From Octopus sinensis (taxonomy: Eukaryota), in contig NC_043000.1 of assembly GCF_006345805.1 (NCBI RefSeq), positions 43,276,001 to 43,340,000 on the forward strand: 64,000 nt of DNA, given 5' to 3'. Positions 40,001-52,430 of the stretch are shown here, in pieces. The notes under the pieces were generated by a model, which had not been told where the DNA came from, searched no databases, and worked only from the letters and a program-made list of their open reading frames with translations. A program made the position numbers and the translations under genes. The number at the start of each line of letters is the position of its first letter. Position 1 is the stretch's first letter.

Positions 40001-40779
40001 GTTATCCAAATTTAGGCTATTACACTACAAAAAATAAAAATAAATGAGGTAAGGTTTAGGAAACTTTCTTCCCAAGTTTCACAAAACAAACACGAAGTAA
40101 AAATTTCGTTATTTTTACATCACCCCCCCCCTTCAAAATGCCCTTGTGATATCAGCAGTTCCCTCGACAAAATTATTTTGAAGGAAACTTTGCAGGCATC
40201 GCATGACAAAGTGATAAATGGTTTATCAGCGCTCCCAATAGATCCTGTTAAGTGACAGCGCTCTCCAGATTAGCAGGGAAAAACTCGGGCTTGAACATAT
40301 AAATATACTCGATCTAGGATCTGCTTCGAATTTACGTGACTTGTTTAATGATCTTAGGTCTCCAGATATATTTTCGGAAGCCATCTTTTAACGAAGATTC
40401 CCGGAAGCCACTCACACCGATCTTTGACAACTAAGAGCTATTCATATCTTTTGCTTAGCCTGAGTCGAGCAGCAGTGAAGCAGCATCCATTTCAGAAATG
40501 TTTGCAGCTGAAAGTAACGACTGGCTAACTTTCTGGACCCTGATAAAAAAAGTCAGTATTGTTGAAAAGGTACAGCAGTTAACGCAATGTCTCACACTAG
40601 GAGGGTTTTCGCATTTGCTTTGAAATTTTAAAGAACGTATATGTCCTCGTATTTTCTCTTGGGTTTAACAATAATGAGCCCTTATAATTTAAATGAAAAT
40701 ATAGTACCTATTCTTCCGCAGTCAAAGGAAATGGCTTCGCATCCGAGAAATATGAAACATTACAACCGAATAGACGAAT

Positions 40780-40832
<53 letters not shown>
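40780..40832. repeat. (ACT)n microsatellite
   Basis: Directly visible. Confidence 0.95.
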
Positions 40833-40836
<4 letters not shown>

Positions 40837-41662
40837 AAAGTAATAATAATAGTAATCCTTTCAGCTATAGGCACATGACCAGAAACTTTGGAGGAAATGG
40901 GCTTTTACGATATAATAACACCAGTACTTAACCCCCAAAAGGATGAAACGGGAAGTCAAGGTCGTGGGTATTTGAACCACCGATTCTGCCAGATCACTGC
41001 CTTCACGATAATGTTAATAATAATTATTATCATGATGGTAATGATGATGATGATGATGATGATGATGATGTAAAAAAGAAGAAAAGAAATTTATACAATA
41101 CTTATTTACAAGAAGAGTTACTGATGACACAAAAATACTGTCATAACTGGAAGCAACTAAAGCATTTCTACATACCTGTTGAATATTTATTCCGTCAGTT
41201 TATCAATAAAGATATAAGGAAAATTGTTGCGTTGCGAACTGTTTAAATATTTGATTGAGAGTATCTCATAAACAGTGTACAACAATAGAAAAAGTTTTAT
41301 TATTTGTTATATAAAAGACGCAATAGAACTGTAAATGATATTAATTCATATATTCTCAAGTAGTTGTTTGGGGGTAGAAACAGATGCAGACACTAGAGAA
41401 TTTTATGTAACTGTCACATAAATTAGATGTAGATGTTTGATGACAAATATTTTGTTCGTTAATGGAATGAATTGGAATATTAGATAAAAGATTAGAAAAT
41501 GATGTATTCGTGATATTTAGGTCTTTACAAATAGATCTGATTAGTAGAATTCTTAAAACCATTCGTTTACACACATACATACAATGATATATACTTACAC
41601 TCACACACACACACACATCTATGTATATATATATATGCATCAACACACATATTCTACCTACT

Positions 41663-42523
41663 TAGGAAGTAGTATCAACATTGCCCGGAGTGGTTATGCT
41701 TAATAAAAAATAACTTATTTACTTAAGTTTTCACATCATTTCCTTCTAAATAGTAAACTTGCGCAGCAATACCGATCCCAGAGTTCTTTCCACTTTTGGA
41801 ATCCGGCCTGAAAGTAGTTTTCCGTAAGCGAGTCGACGATGTTCTTTGATTCGCACTGGTTCTCGATAACGGTGTTAAAATGGCAACCCTTGAGCAGAAC
41901 TTTCATCTTGAGGATGAGATAAAAGATTGCAGGTACTACATCTGGCGAAGATGGCGTGTGCGGAGCGAAACCATGTTTATTTCGGCGTGAAACTCACAAG
42001 TGAGGAGAGCTTGGTGACAGTTCAACTCTTCGCGCTCAACAGATCCAGTGGCTTTCACCGAATATCCTCCTTCAAACGTTTCAAAACGTCGCAGTAGGAC
42101 TCCCGATTGGCGATCTGTCCTTGGGGAACGAATCCCCGATGAACAATACCGCGGATGTCGATGACAACGATAAAACGATGATCAAGCTCTTGACTGATCT
42201 GCGGCTCCGTTGTGCACCTGTGCCACTCAAAAGATTGCGTACGACCCATTGCCATGTCGCTCAATGTCTCTGTAGCAGAATTCCCAAGTTTAACGCAAAA
42301 TTTTACATTGTTTCTTTGTTCCAGCTTCCTGTCTATGACAAAATCCCAAACTGCAGCTTAACAAAAACAAAAATTTCACAATATGCGAAGTAAAAGCAGC
42401 AATTAAACTCGGCACACTGCCTCATGAAGGTCACTGTTATTTCTTAGTATGCATGCAACCGTGTGCTGTTATCTGTTGGTGCGCTACAGAACTAGTCCAG
42501 GAACTTTCTGATACCATCTCGTA
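41663..42523 (-). mobile_element. mariner element with both TIRs, internally deleted
   Basis: TIRs tacgagatggtatcagaaagttcctggactagtt (reverse complement of 42490-42523) and a decayed copy at 41663-41695. Protein pieces: ELEQR..VKFCVKLGNSATETL, GIVHRGFVPQGQIANRESYCDVLKRL and a decayed C-terminus. Confidence 0.88.
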
Positions 42524-43039
42524 TATATATATGTGTGTATGTATATTTGTATACACACATTGTTTATGATTTGGTTAACACTGATCGGGAAGATCTATAA
42601 GGAAAAGCGTTGCAGCATCTCGTTCGCTATAGGAGAAAGATTCAATGAATGAAAACAAAGGCATGGAAAGGGTGAGGCATACTCTGCGTGGAGATGCATT
42701 TTCTCAGCAAATTATAGTGTGGCTTACAAGGCGTTACTTACCCATAATATATACTCTATTTAAAAGCAGCAGAAATATAACAAAAGCTGTTACTCAGAGT
42801 TTCACGTTCCCGTTCGTCGGACAGTTTTGTTAAAATAGAACAAAAATTGACACAAGAATATTGAACTGGCTAAATGCATTTTCTGTTTTGTTTTTATATA
42901 TATTTTGCATGAAGTCTCTAACTAGGATACGCACGTTTATCTCAAGGCAAGACTCGTCTTTCAAAAGAGTTGACAGTTACAATGTTATGACCAGGTAGGA
43001 CTTGCTATGCAGGAATGCATAACTAACATGTTGGCTGAA

Positions 43040-43400
43040 CCCATTGTGACCTAGGATGACCACGATTTGTCTAATTAGATTCCTGTCAAGGTATGGCATA
43101 CAGCCTCATTCTCATTCAAAGTCAACTAGTCTATTTCAACATATCGCTTTGAAACAATAACTGAGGAAAATTCCAAGATTACCATAGCTGTTGACAACTA
43201 AATATTCGTGTTTGACAAGAGAATGCAGATAAACTCTTCTTTCCCCACTTAGGCAGAGCGTATAGACAAAATAATAAAGAGCTCGTGATATTGAGATAAC
43301 TGTTCATGAACTAGGCGATTGCTTTACAAACTATCATCGTGCGCTAGCTACAGAATACGGAAGACCTATCAACAATACACGTTGCAGCAAAGAAGGTGAC
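43040..43400 (+). mobile_element. Possible decayed LINE AP-endonuclease fragment
   Basis: Frameshifted traces resembling YAPT, LRKIP and GDxNxRVG motifs. Confidence 0.3.
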
Positions 43401-44164
43401 ACTAGAAATAGCAAGTATGTCCCTTATATAAGGGTGAAATACACGCTTAAGGTAATGAAATTAAAGAGACTATCCCAAAAGACATTATGGTCGATTAGGA
43501 GTGACACTGTGCTAATCAAAACATCTCTGTTACGACTGTTACATAATTGTAAATAAGTTCTTCCTCGTACGCTCCAGCAACATGGACAAAAAAGCAGTCA
43601 GTAAAGCACATATATAGGAAATAATATCGGAGAATGACGTAACAAACATTTAGATAAAAGAATATCTAATTTTCTTAAAAGGATTATTTCATTAGTTTAT
43701 TTGTTGGTGTGTGCATTGACTAGACATCCGTGCCCAGCTATGTGTGCTTTGGATACGTGCCATGGATAGTTTTACCATTTTTTTCTTTTCTACTGAAAAT
43801 TGTCTGTGCTAAATGTAAGCAATGCTAAACAGTGTTATATTCTATACATTGTAAATATTGGTAATACCCAGAGTGTGCTTAACTGTTTGTTCATCAGCGT
43901 GTCTTATATTTATTCTCACTGAATTATTACCGTTTTAGTCCCTTCATTCTAATTATCTCTAAAGTCAGCTTTTTATATTAGGATAAAATGCTTCTTTTCT
44001 TTCTGAGATATACTATTGTCATTAGAAACTGATACTTTGATGAAGAAAATATAACATATTTCCTACTCATCTCGATTTATTATTCTCAAAGGGAGGGCGA
44101 CGCTCCTTGCTAAGCCACAGGTAACTATGGCGTATATCTTTGCTGTTTAACGGGACGCTGGCTC

Positions 44165-44318
44165 GGCTCACACTAACTCGTTTTGGTCAACTGAATGGAC
44201 TGAGGTAACGGGAAATGAACAATTTTGTCCAAAGACACAAGGCAACACCCAGTTTAGGAATCGATACTGCAACCTTACGATTATCACTGAATCACCCTAA
44301 GCACAAAACCATGCACTT
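44165..44318 (-). mobile_element. SINE family B-like, decayed
   Basis: Reverse complement: gtgcatggtt...gataatcgtaaggttgcagtatcgattcc...tgtgtctttggacaa...ctcagtccattcagttg. Confidence 0.55.
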
Positions 44319-44618
44319 CCACACGCGCACGCACTCACACGAACACATACGTAGACGTACTTGTGAGTGCTTGATATTTGCGTTTTAATTAAGGACGTAC
44401 ACGTTCCGTTGGATTAAAAAAAGCCTATATATAATACCATTATGAGTAGGTGCCAAGGTTTCTGTGAGTGTATTTATTTATGTATTTCTAACTAATTATC
44501 TAATTTCACTTGTTCAGTCACTGTACTGCTCTTCTAGTTTTTGTCTATCTTCATCTCACTCTTCTGATAACTTGGCCTTAATATACTTATTCCTGTACAT
44601 TACTGTTTACCTCGATAT

Positions 44619-44729
<111 letters not shown>

Positions 44730-44740
44730 TTATATATATG

Positions 44741-44972
44741 CACCCGGCCAGAACCACACTCAATAGCTTAGGACTGAAATTTAGGATTTCTCGGTTTTCT
44801 GTGAATCGACGAATCTGAAACTGAAGAAAGGACGTTACGCAGAGTAATGGAAACATAACAATGGTGTTGCCAAAGTGTGCAAACCAGCTGGGAACAGTTT
44901 TATCAAAATGGATTTACAGCAAACTAAGAAGTCCTAAATTTCACTCTTAAGCTTTAAGCGTGGTTTTGGATG
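44741..44972. mobile_element. MITE with TIRs of about 50-60 bp, embedded in (TA)n
   Basis: ccagaaccacactcaatagcttaggactgaaatttaggatttctcggttt matches the reverse complement of the right end (ccaaaaccacgcttaaagcttaagagtgaaatttaggacttcttagttt). Confidence 0.8.
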
Positions 44973-45015
<43 letters not shown>

Positions 45016-45019
45016 TATA

Positions 45020-45080
<61 letters not shown>

Positions 45081-45097
45081 TATATATATATATATAC

Positions 45098-45147
<50 letters not shown>

Positions 45148-45277
45148 ACCGGAGTATGCACATAAATGTGAAACAAGGTCGAAAAAAGACTATTCAACTA
45201 CCAGAGGTAGAGTAATGTGTTTTATTTATTTCTACTGCTTTAAAATAAAGCACACACACACAAATACATATATATAT

Positions 45278-45334
<57 letters not shown>

Positions 45335-46039
45335 GCGAGTGTGTGTGTGTGTGTGTACGGAAATATAAACATATATATGTGTGCGTATATGTGCATATAT
45401 GCACAAGCACGGTCATCTGTATATACAATGCTCATTCCTACTTAAATAATATTTGCATGAGACCTACATCGTCGATATACATAGGGTTAATTAAGAAGCC
45501 AGAAGAGAGAAAGAGAGAGAGAGAGAAACAGAGACAGAGACAGAGAGGGGAAGAGAGGGAGAGAGTGATGGAAGTGTTGCACATAGTTTATTAGATTCGT
45601 GCCTCTAAAATTCACTCCATCAAGATAGCAATGTATTTGCCAAGATGTTTGTTACTATAATATAACTAAATGTAATTAGAAATCTCAGTACAAATCATTT
45701 TTCTGATCCTTTAAATGCATTTGTTTTTGCTCCGCTAATATTCTTTCTAAGTTTGAGATACAAGCTGTCATGAGAATCTGGTTTGTTCGTAGATAGGTGT
45801 AATAATTACGTTGCATTTTATGTCGGTGATATATAGAAAGCTCGTAAGATCAAGTGATAAAAATATTTAGGCTATCCTTGTTCAACAAATTTTCCGTGAA
45901 ACAGTTTCAGTTTATGATTTGCTTGAAGTTAATGATACACCTTAACTGGAGCTGATAGAAAATCCTATCAAAGTCATATACATAAATTCACACATACATA
46001 CATGTCTCGGGCGCTTATCATCAAACTCAACTGGATGTC

Positions 46040-46417
46040 CTGTTCGATCTATTCATCTTCAAGGCTGAAATCTCCACTTCTGAATTTTGCAAACCATCTT
46101 CTGCATGTTCTTTCATTCAAGCATTCTTTCCCATAAACTGAATGTATGTTTCGAGTCGCTTCGGCTGCAGAGTTTCCTTTTTTGTACTCATAATTAATTA
46201 TGTGCCTTAAATGCTCTTTGGATATTTCTATGTTAGAAAGGGTTTTAATCAAAGAAATTTTAATTCTAGTATTCTGTAAAATAATGTTTAATTCGTTTAA
46301 ATGTATACAAATACATAAAAATAATTTTTAATTCCATTAGACATTCTAAAATACTATTAAATTTCATTCAATTTTAAAATAGGTAAAATTGGACAGAACT
46401 TATGGGATGACCTGATA
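46040..46417 (-). mobile_element. mariner 5' fragment (TIR plus N-terminal HTH)
   Basis: EISKEHLRHIINYEYKKGNSAAEATRNIHSVYGKECLNERTCRRWFAKFRSGDFSLEDE; TIR tatcaggtcatcccataagttctgtcc (46391-46417). Confidence 0.9.
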
Positions 46418-46651
46418 ATTCTCTGGATTGGACATACCAGCTGATATCAATGGTTGTTATCTCCTTCACTATGTGTGATGCTACTTCTATTTAAGGTATC
46501 ATTGTGTTGTGTGTAATTCAACGTAAAACAAACTGTTAGACATAATCTACTTGTATCACACGAGGAAGACCGAATCAGCATGCTTAAAATGTCAAAGACT
46601 TAACGACGACATTTCCTATAGAATTAGATACATAAGATGTTCATTAAAGAT

Positions 46652-46802
46652 AGGCGCAGGAGTGGCTGTGTGGTAAGTAGCTTGTTTACCAACCACATGG
46701 TTCCTAGTTCAGTCCCACCTTGGGCAAGTGTCTTCTACTATAGCCTCGGGCCGACCAAAGCTTTGTGAGTGGATTTGGTAGACGGAAACTGAAAGAATCC
46801 CG

Positions 46803-46860
<58 letters not shown>

Positions 46861-47044
46861 ATGTGTTTGTGTGTCTGTGTTTGTCCCCCTGGCATTGCTT
46901 GACAACCGATGCCGTTACTAAACGGTTCGGTAAAAGAGACCGATAGAATAAGTCCCGGGGTCGAGTTGCTCGATTAAAGGTGGTGCTCCAGTATGGCCGC
47001 AGTCAAATGACTGAAACAAGTAACAGAGTAAAGAGTAAAGAGTA
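46652..47044 (+). mobile_element. tRNA-derived SINE family C with an internal (TA)n(TG)n microsatellite
   Basis: aggcgcaggagtggctgtgtggtaag...ccttgggcaagtgtcttc...ggaaactgaaagaa, microsatellite, ...gaaacaag(taaagag)n tail. Confidence 0.92.
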
Positions 47045-47336
47045 TACATAATTGATTTATGTTGTTACGTCAAACGTTTCTCCTTTAATAAGTAGCTTCC
47101 TTATAACACATAAATATTTTTTTCTGAGTGCATGTTGTATGTCTTACATATGTGTGTTAGGAAGGAACTAAGTTCTCGGAGAATAATAATTTGTCAGGCG
47201 CTCTACTTCTCAGCCCTCTCTATTTCTATTTCGTTTGACTAGATTCTTGTACGTTTATTACTGATAGAAACAATTCGGATGTTCTTTAATAGTTCGATTG
47301 TCAGCCAAGCAAAAATAAGTACTGTTACTCAGTACA

Positions 47337-47384
<48 letters not shown>

Positions 47385-48490
47385 CACATATATATAAATA
47401 TATATATATATGTATTGTGTATTGGGTGTGATGCACAGAAATTGAATATTGAGAAAAAAGTAAGAATTTGGGAAAAAATCCTTTTATTTCTTCATTATTA
47501 TTACCGTTTTCGTTCAAATAAGATTTTGTAAATGTACAAACAGCTTGTTCGTGTATGTCAAAAACAGATTTTGGGGGGAGTGGGGTTGTTTAATAGAGAA
47601 ATTTTTGTTGTTGTTGTTTTGGGTGAAGTTCCATGACAGTGAAGATGGATAGATAGAAATATAGGTAGATAGGCTGATAGGTAGATAGATATATAGATAG
47701 CTAGATAGTCAGTCAGATAGACACATGGATAGAGGGAAAAAGAGAGAGAAGAGGTATCCACCTTCCTATTCCCCATTCATTCATTTGTTTATTTACTTAG
47801 TCCTTTACCATCGTATTGGAATGGATTTCAAGGTAGTGACCTCTTCAAAATAAAATAAAATTAAAATACTGGCGCGGTTTGGTCATCACTGAAAATCATT
47901 TTGCTTTCTCTCTCTCTCCCCTTTTCCCTTCTCCTTTCTTTTTCGTTCCTTTTCGTTCTTTCTTTCTTTTTCTCCTCTTTGAGTTATATTTAGAATATAC
48001 CCCTTCCTAACATTCATTTTTGGAGAGATTTTTTTGATAAAATGTAGTTCTGCATGAAAATAGATTAGTATAACATATGCAAATTAAGAATTTGAAAAAT
48101 AAATCAATAAATAAAATAAAACGAATTTATATATACATACATACATACATACACATACATATACATACAAACATGTATATAGAAATACATACAGACACAT
48201 ATATATATATATATATATATACACGTACATATACACACACCCACACACATATATATATACACACATATAGACATATATATATATATATACATATATATAT
48301 ACACACATATAGGCATACATATACGTAAAGCTAGAACATCCCAATGCTACACATATATATCTGAATATTTGCAGAGATGAGCCACATTTGTAATAAATAA
48401 TTTAAATTCTCCACTTCACCTTTAAACATTCAATTTTAGGGAAAATCCATTGATGAAGTGTGTGTGTGTGTGTGTGTGTGAATGTTCCTC

Positions 48491-48522
<32 letters not shown>

Positions 48523-48619
48523 TGTGTGCGTGTGTGTGTGTGTGTGGTTGGGAACATATTCATGTTTATACGTGTAACTTCGATCACGCCTCTTTCAGTT
48601 CCATGTTTTTGCATTAGAG

Positions 48620-49870
48620 AACATTAGTATAACACTTACAAAATGTACTCTCTGATTTTCTTTCAATTTTGGAGAGAATTTTTTCATGAAATGTAGTTCC
48701 ATTGCTTTTCGATATTGCGGATCGTCTCGTGCACATTTGTAAAAGGGAAAAATTTTGAATTTTCCCTCGCTGCATATTTCCACATGCTTACTCAATGGAA
48801 TCTTGCGTAATTTCTCTTGTCGGATATATTGCCTGTGGATTCTTGCACGCTGGCAGAGGGAAATGTATGTTTTGCCAATGTAATTTTCTTTGCAGTTTGG
48901 GCAGGTAATGCAGTATATGATGTTTTGCGTTTTGCAGTTCATAACTGCATTTATTTTGAAAAAGGGATCCGCTCTTGAATTTAATATGGGAACCACTTTC
49001 CAAATATTTGAAGTTGTTGATGTTGTTGCATGTTCCACATATCCTATCACATTCTTTTACTAAGTATACTGATTCATTCTCTGATTTGAATTCTACTCTT
49101 ATGAGGTGCTAAGCTTGTTTTGGTTGGTGTCTGCTATTCGGTAGGAGTTTTTTTTTTCCAATCAGAGTTGTCATTTTGGGACATTGTAAGAATATAGATA
49201 AGTTCGATTTTATGGAGTGAAAGATGCTGGTTATTTCAGGACTGTGAGTGTTAATGAACGGAATCGTGTTTTCATTAACTTTTTCCTTAGGTGTTCGTAG
49301 TTGGATGATCTTCAGTTTCATCGCCTTTTTAATCTCCTCTTTAATTGATTCTAAGGGGTATTTCTGCATTGTGAGGAAGCCTTTGAATTGCTTGAGTCGG
49401 ATTTCACGTATTTTAGTGTCAGTCACTGTAGCACACATGCATCTTGCCATGCTGTATGGGCTGCTTGTTTTGATATGTGATGAATGGCAAGAGTAGAAAC
49501 TTAAATATTGGTGTGTGTCAGTTTTTTGTAAAATATGTCTGCTGTGACTGTGGAGTTCTGCATTTTTATGTGGATATCCAGGAATGGTAGTTCATTGCAA
49601 CTGGATTCTGTTGTGAATTTGATGGATGAGTGATGCGTGTTTAGTATATTGTTAAATATAGTTACATCTTCATTCGATTTGTCCCAGGAGATGAAGCAAT
49701 CATCAAGGAAGCGTTTCCACTTTTTAATGATATATTTCTTGAAGCTTTTTCTACTTTCTCATAAAGTTTTTCTTCCAAGTATCCCATAACTAAGTTTTCA
49801 GATGAGGGTACAAACCGCGTACCCACAGCCGTACCTTTTTATCTGTCGATATGTTTTATTGTCGAATCTA
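48620..49870 (-). mobile_element. Penelope-like element, 5'-truncated: RT, thumb and GIY-YIG endonuclease
   Basis: YRQIK-GTAVGT; KWKRFLDDCF; ELPFLDI; IFYKKTDTHQYL; then NCKTQNIIYCITCPNCKENYIGKT...RARIHRQ...PLSKH...RKAMELHFMKKFSPKL. Confidence 0.93.
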
Positions 49871-50574
49871 GAGGTATTTTCCTCTAGTACTAGACACGTT
49901 TTTATTTCATTCTTCGTGACATTCTATTTTAGCATTTAAGTACCGATCTTTTGTACTTCAATTTTATAGAATTGCACTGTATTTCAGTAGAATAATGAAG
50001 AAAATATGGTATTAGAGATAACACTTAGTTGTCTGAATGAAATATTTCATATAGTATTAGAAACGGTAGCAAAAAAGCAACTTTTCCAACGTTCATATGT
50101 ATTAATAAGATAATAAGATACATTTCTTTACGTCTTGAATTTAGCTTGGTTTTGCATTTCATCTTAAATGCTGAGGTCAACTTTATTATAGCAATTTTAC
50201 TACATTCATTGTCTTTTGACAATGTCCAAAACCAATTTAAATACAATTACATTATAAAATTGTGCTTTAATATAATAAAATTACTAATAAATAGTAAAAA
50301 AAAAACGAAATGATTTACTGGCTAATTTTAAGCAACTGTGTATATGCGATAATTATAGAAATTATAAAAGCGATTACAGATATTATGATGGCCGCTATAA
50401 TTGAACTGAAATTATGGCTGCGAATTGGGATTTCCTTTCTCGCTCAAGAGATATTTTATAATCGATTTTCCTTGAGGTTTGTGGAATTACAGAAACAGTG
50501 GAATGTCGACCTATATGAATTATATTACTAATAACCTGGATAATATGGAAACGTACAGACAAAGGACATAACTG

Positions 50575-50990
50575 TTAAATGTCCACAGGAGAAAATGCCT
50601 TTCCTGGCTTTGAATTTAGTGCCATTAGTATTAATAAATATTCCTTCATGTAACAGCCTCCCACACATCTCTCTTTCAAATCAGATGTGAACTTCCAAGG
50701 TAACCACTTTGTACACATTTTCCTATATCTAAAGACTATCACTTGTAATGCAGTGTGACCACAGTCCAGTGGTGTAGCAAGCTCACAGATCTTCACTCGT
50801 CTGCTCGCGCAAATCAATTCGTCCGGTTGCTGATGATTAATATGAGTAGTCGCAGTAGATAGACTCCCGCTACTTGGTTTGTTTTAAATGCTGGTACCCT
50901 CCTCTGTAATCTTTTTTATCCATCTAAGTACTTGCTGTAATGTGTGGTGCACTTTCTCTGAAGAATCTGTAGCAGTTTGTGGATGGGAGA
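50575..50990 (-). mobile_element. mariner N-terminal remnant
   Basis: VLRWIKK..EEG.SI.NKPSSGSLST...DELICASRRVKICELA...YRKMCTKWLP. Confidence 0.75.
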
Positions 50991-51000
50991 CAACCCGCAC

Positions 51001-51060
51001 CTGTGTTCTATTAAAATCTCCCTGAGAGTTCATTGATTCTTGTTGGAACTCATTATATGC
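51001..51060 (-). CDS. Candidate 60-nt exon
   Basis: Strong acceptor cttctttctcttcttttctgcag and CAG|gtgcgg donor; only phase 0 is open (AYNEFQQESMNSQGDFNRTQ). It abuts a mariner remnant and may be part of it. Confidence 0.2.
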
Positions 51061-51619
51061 CTGCAGAAAAGAAGAGAAAGAAGTGCTGCTTTAAATGAAG
51101 AGATAATCAACAAATGTATGCAAGTTGAACAATCTATGTCATAAATACAAAAAATATACCAACATTTGCATTCCATGGTGTACATTCCTTGCTTTTGAGT
51201 AGGCTCTACCCATTCTTAGCCCAGATTGAACAGATGAATGATTACAAAGTTTCCATCTATGACGATACAAAAGTTTTGCATTTCAAGAACAATTACAGCA
51301 TAGAGATATGCTTGTTTTTCTTTTTCTTTTTTGTACATGGTCATCTAAATAAAGATATTCTCTTGGCTTGTAAATAAAGAAAAATTTATATTCTAGTAAT
51401 GATTCAGTTTTTCAGAAGCAAACAAATTCTATATAGAATAACGGAAACCTCATCTGTTGATCTCAGAGAAACCCTATTTTCCTCTCAAACTGCAATTTAA
51501 TCACTTTGCTCATTCTCTTTACTCGGCACTCCTTCTATTTAAGATACCAGGGGTAGAGAGTCGCTGAAGATGTCACAGATTGTGTCACGAAAGATTTCTA
51601 AACTAAGATCAATAGAGTG

Positions 51620-51810
51620 TTGCACACATGATAGCAAGATCAAAGTTTCGATTCCTGGACAGGGCTGTGTGTTGTGTTCATCAAAAGTTTGATTGCATGC
51701 TGCTCTGCAATCATTTCGACATCTGACGCGTGGTATACTCGTGCAACTGTACAGGTAATATTGATTGTATGGAAGATGTCAGCTAATGTAACTACAAACA
51801 TTTGATCACT
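51620..51810 (+). mobile_element. SINE family B, decayed
   Basis: gtttcgattcctggacagggctgtgtgttgtgttc resembles 27520-27560. Confidence 0.5.
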
Positions 51811-51889
51811 ATAAACAAAGCATCTGCGCGGTTGTTCAGCAAGGAATTAAGGAACTTTCACGTGTCGTTTAACGAAGGAAGATGCGGTT

Positions 51890-51909
<20 letters not shown>

Positions 51910-51956
<47 letters not shown>

Positions 51957-52357
51957 GTATGTATATATATATATATATATATGTATGTATATATACATAT
52001 ATATATGTATATATACATATATATATATGTATGTATATATACATCTATATATATATATGTATGTATATATACATATATATATATATATGTATGTATATAC
52101 ATATATATATATATATGTATATATATACACACATAAATATATAAATATATATATATAATATATATATATGTGTATATATATGTTATATATATATTACACA
52201 CATAAATATATATAAATATATATATATATATGTATATGTATCTATATATATAAATATATGTATATATATATATATATAATATATATGTATATATATGTAT
52301 ATATATATATGTGTATATATATGTATATATATATACACACATAAATATATATAAATA

Positions 52358-52416
<59 letters not shown>

Positions 52417-52430
52417 ATATATATATATAA
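51910..52430. repeat. Imperfect (TA)n/(TG) array
   Basis: Directly visible. Confidence 0.95.

Noticed and set aside
44820-44880. CTGAAGA...GAAAC inside the MITE
   Set aside because: No stem I pairing, and stem II is offset from the core.
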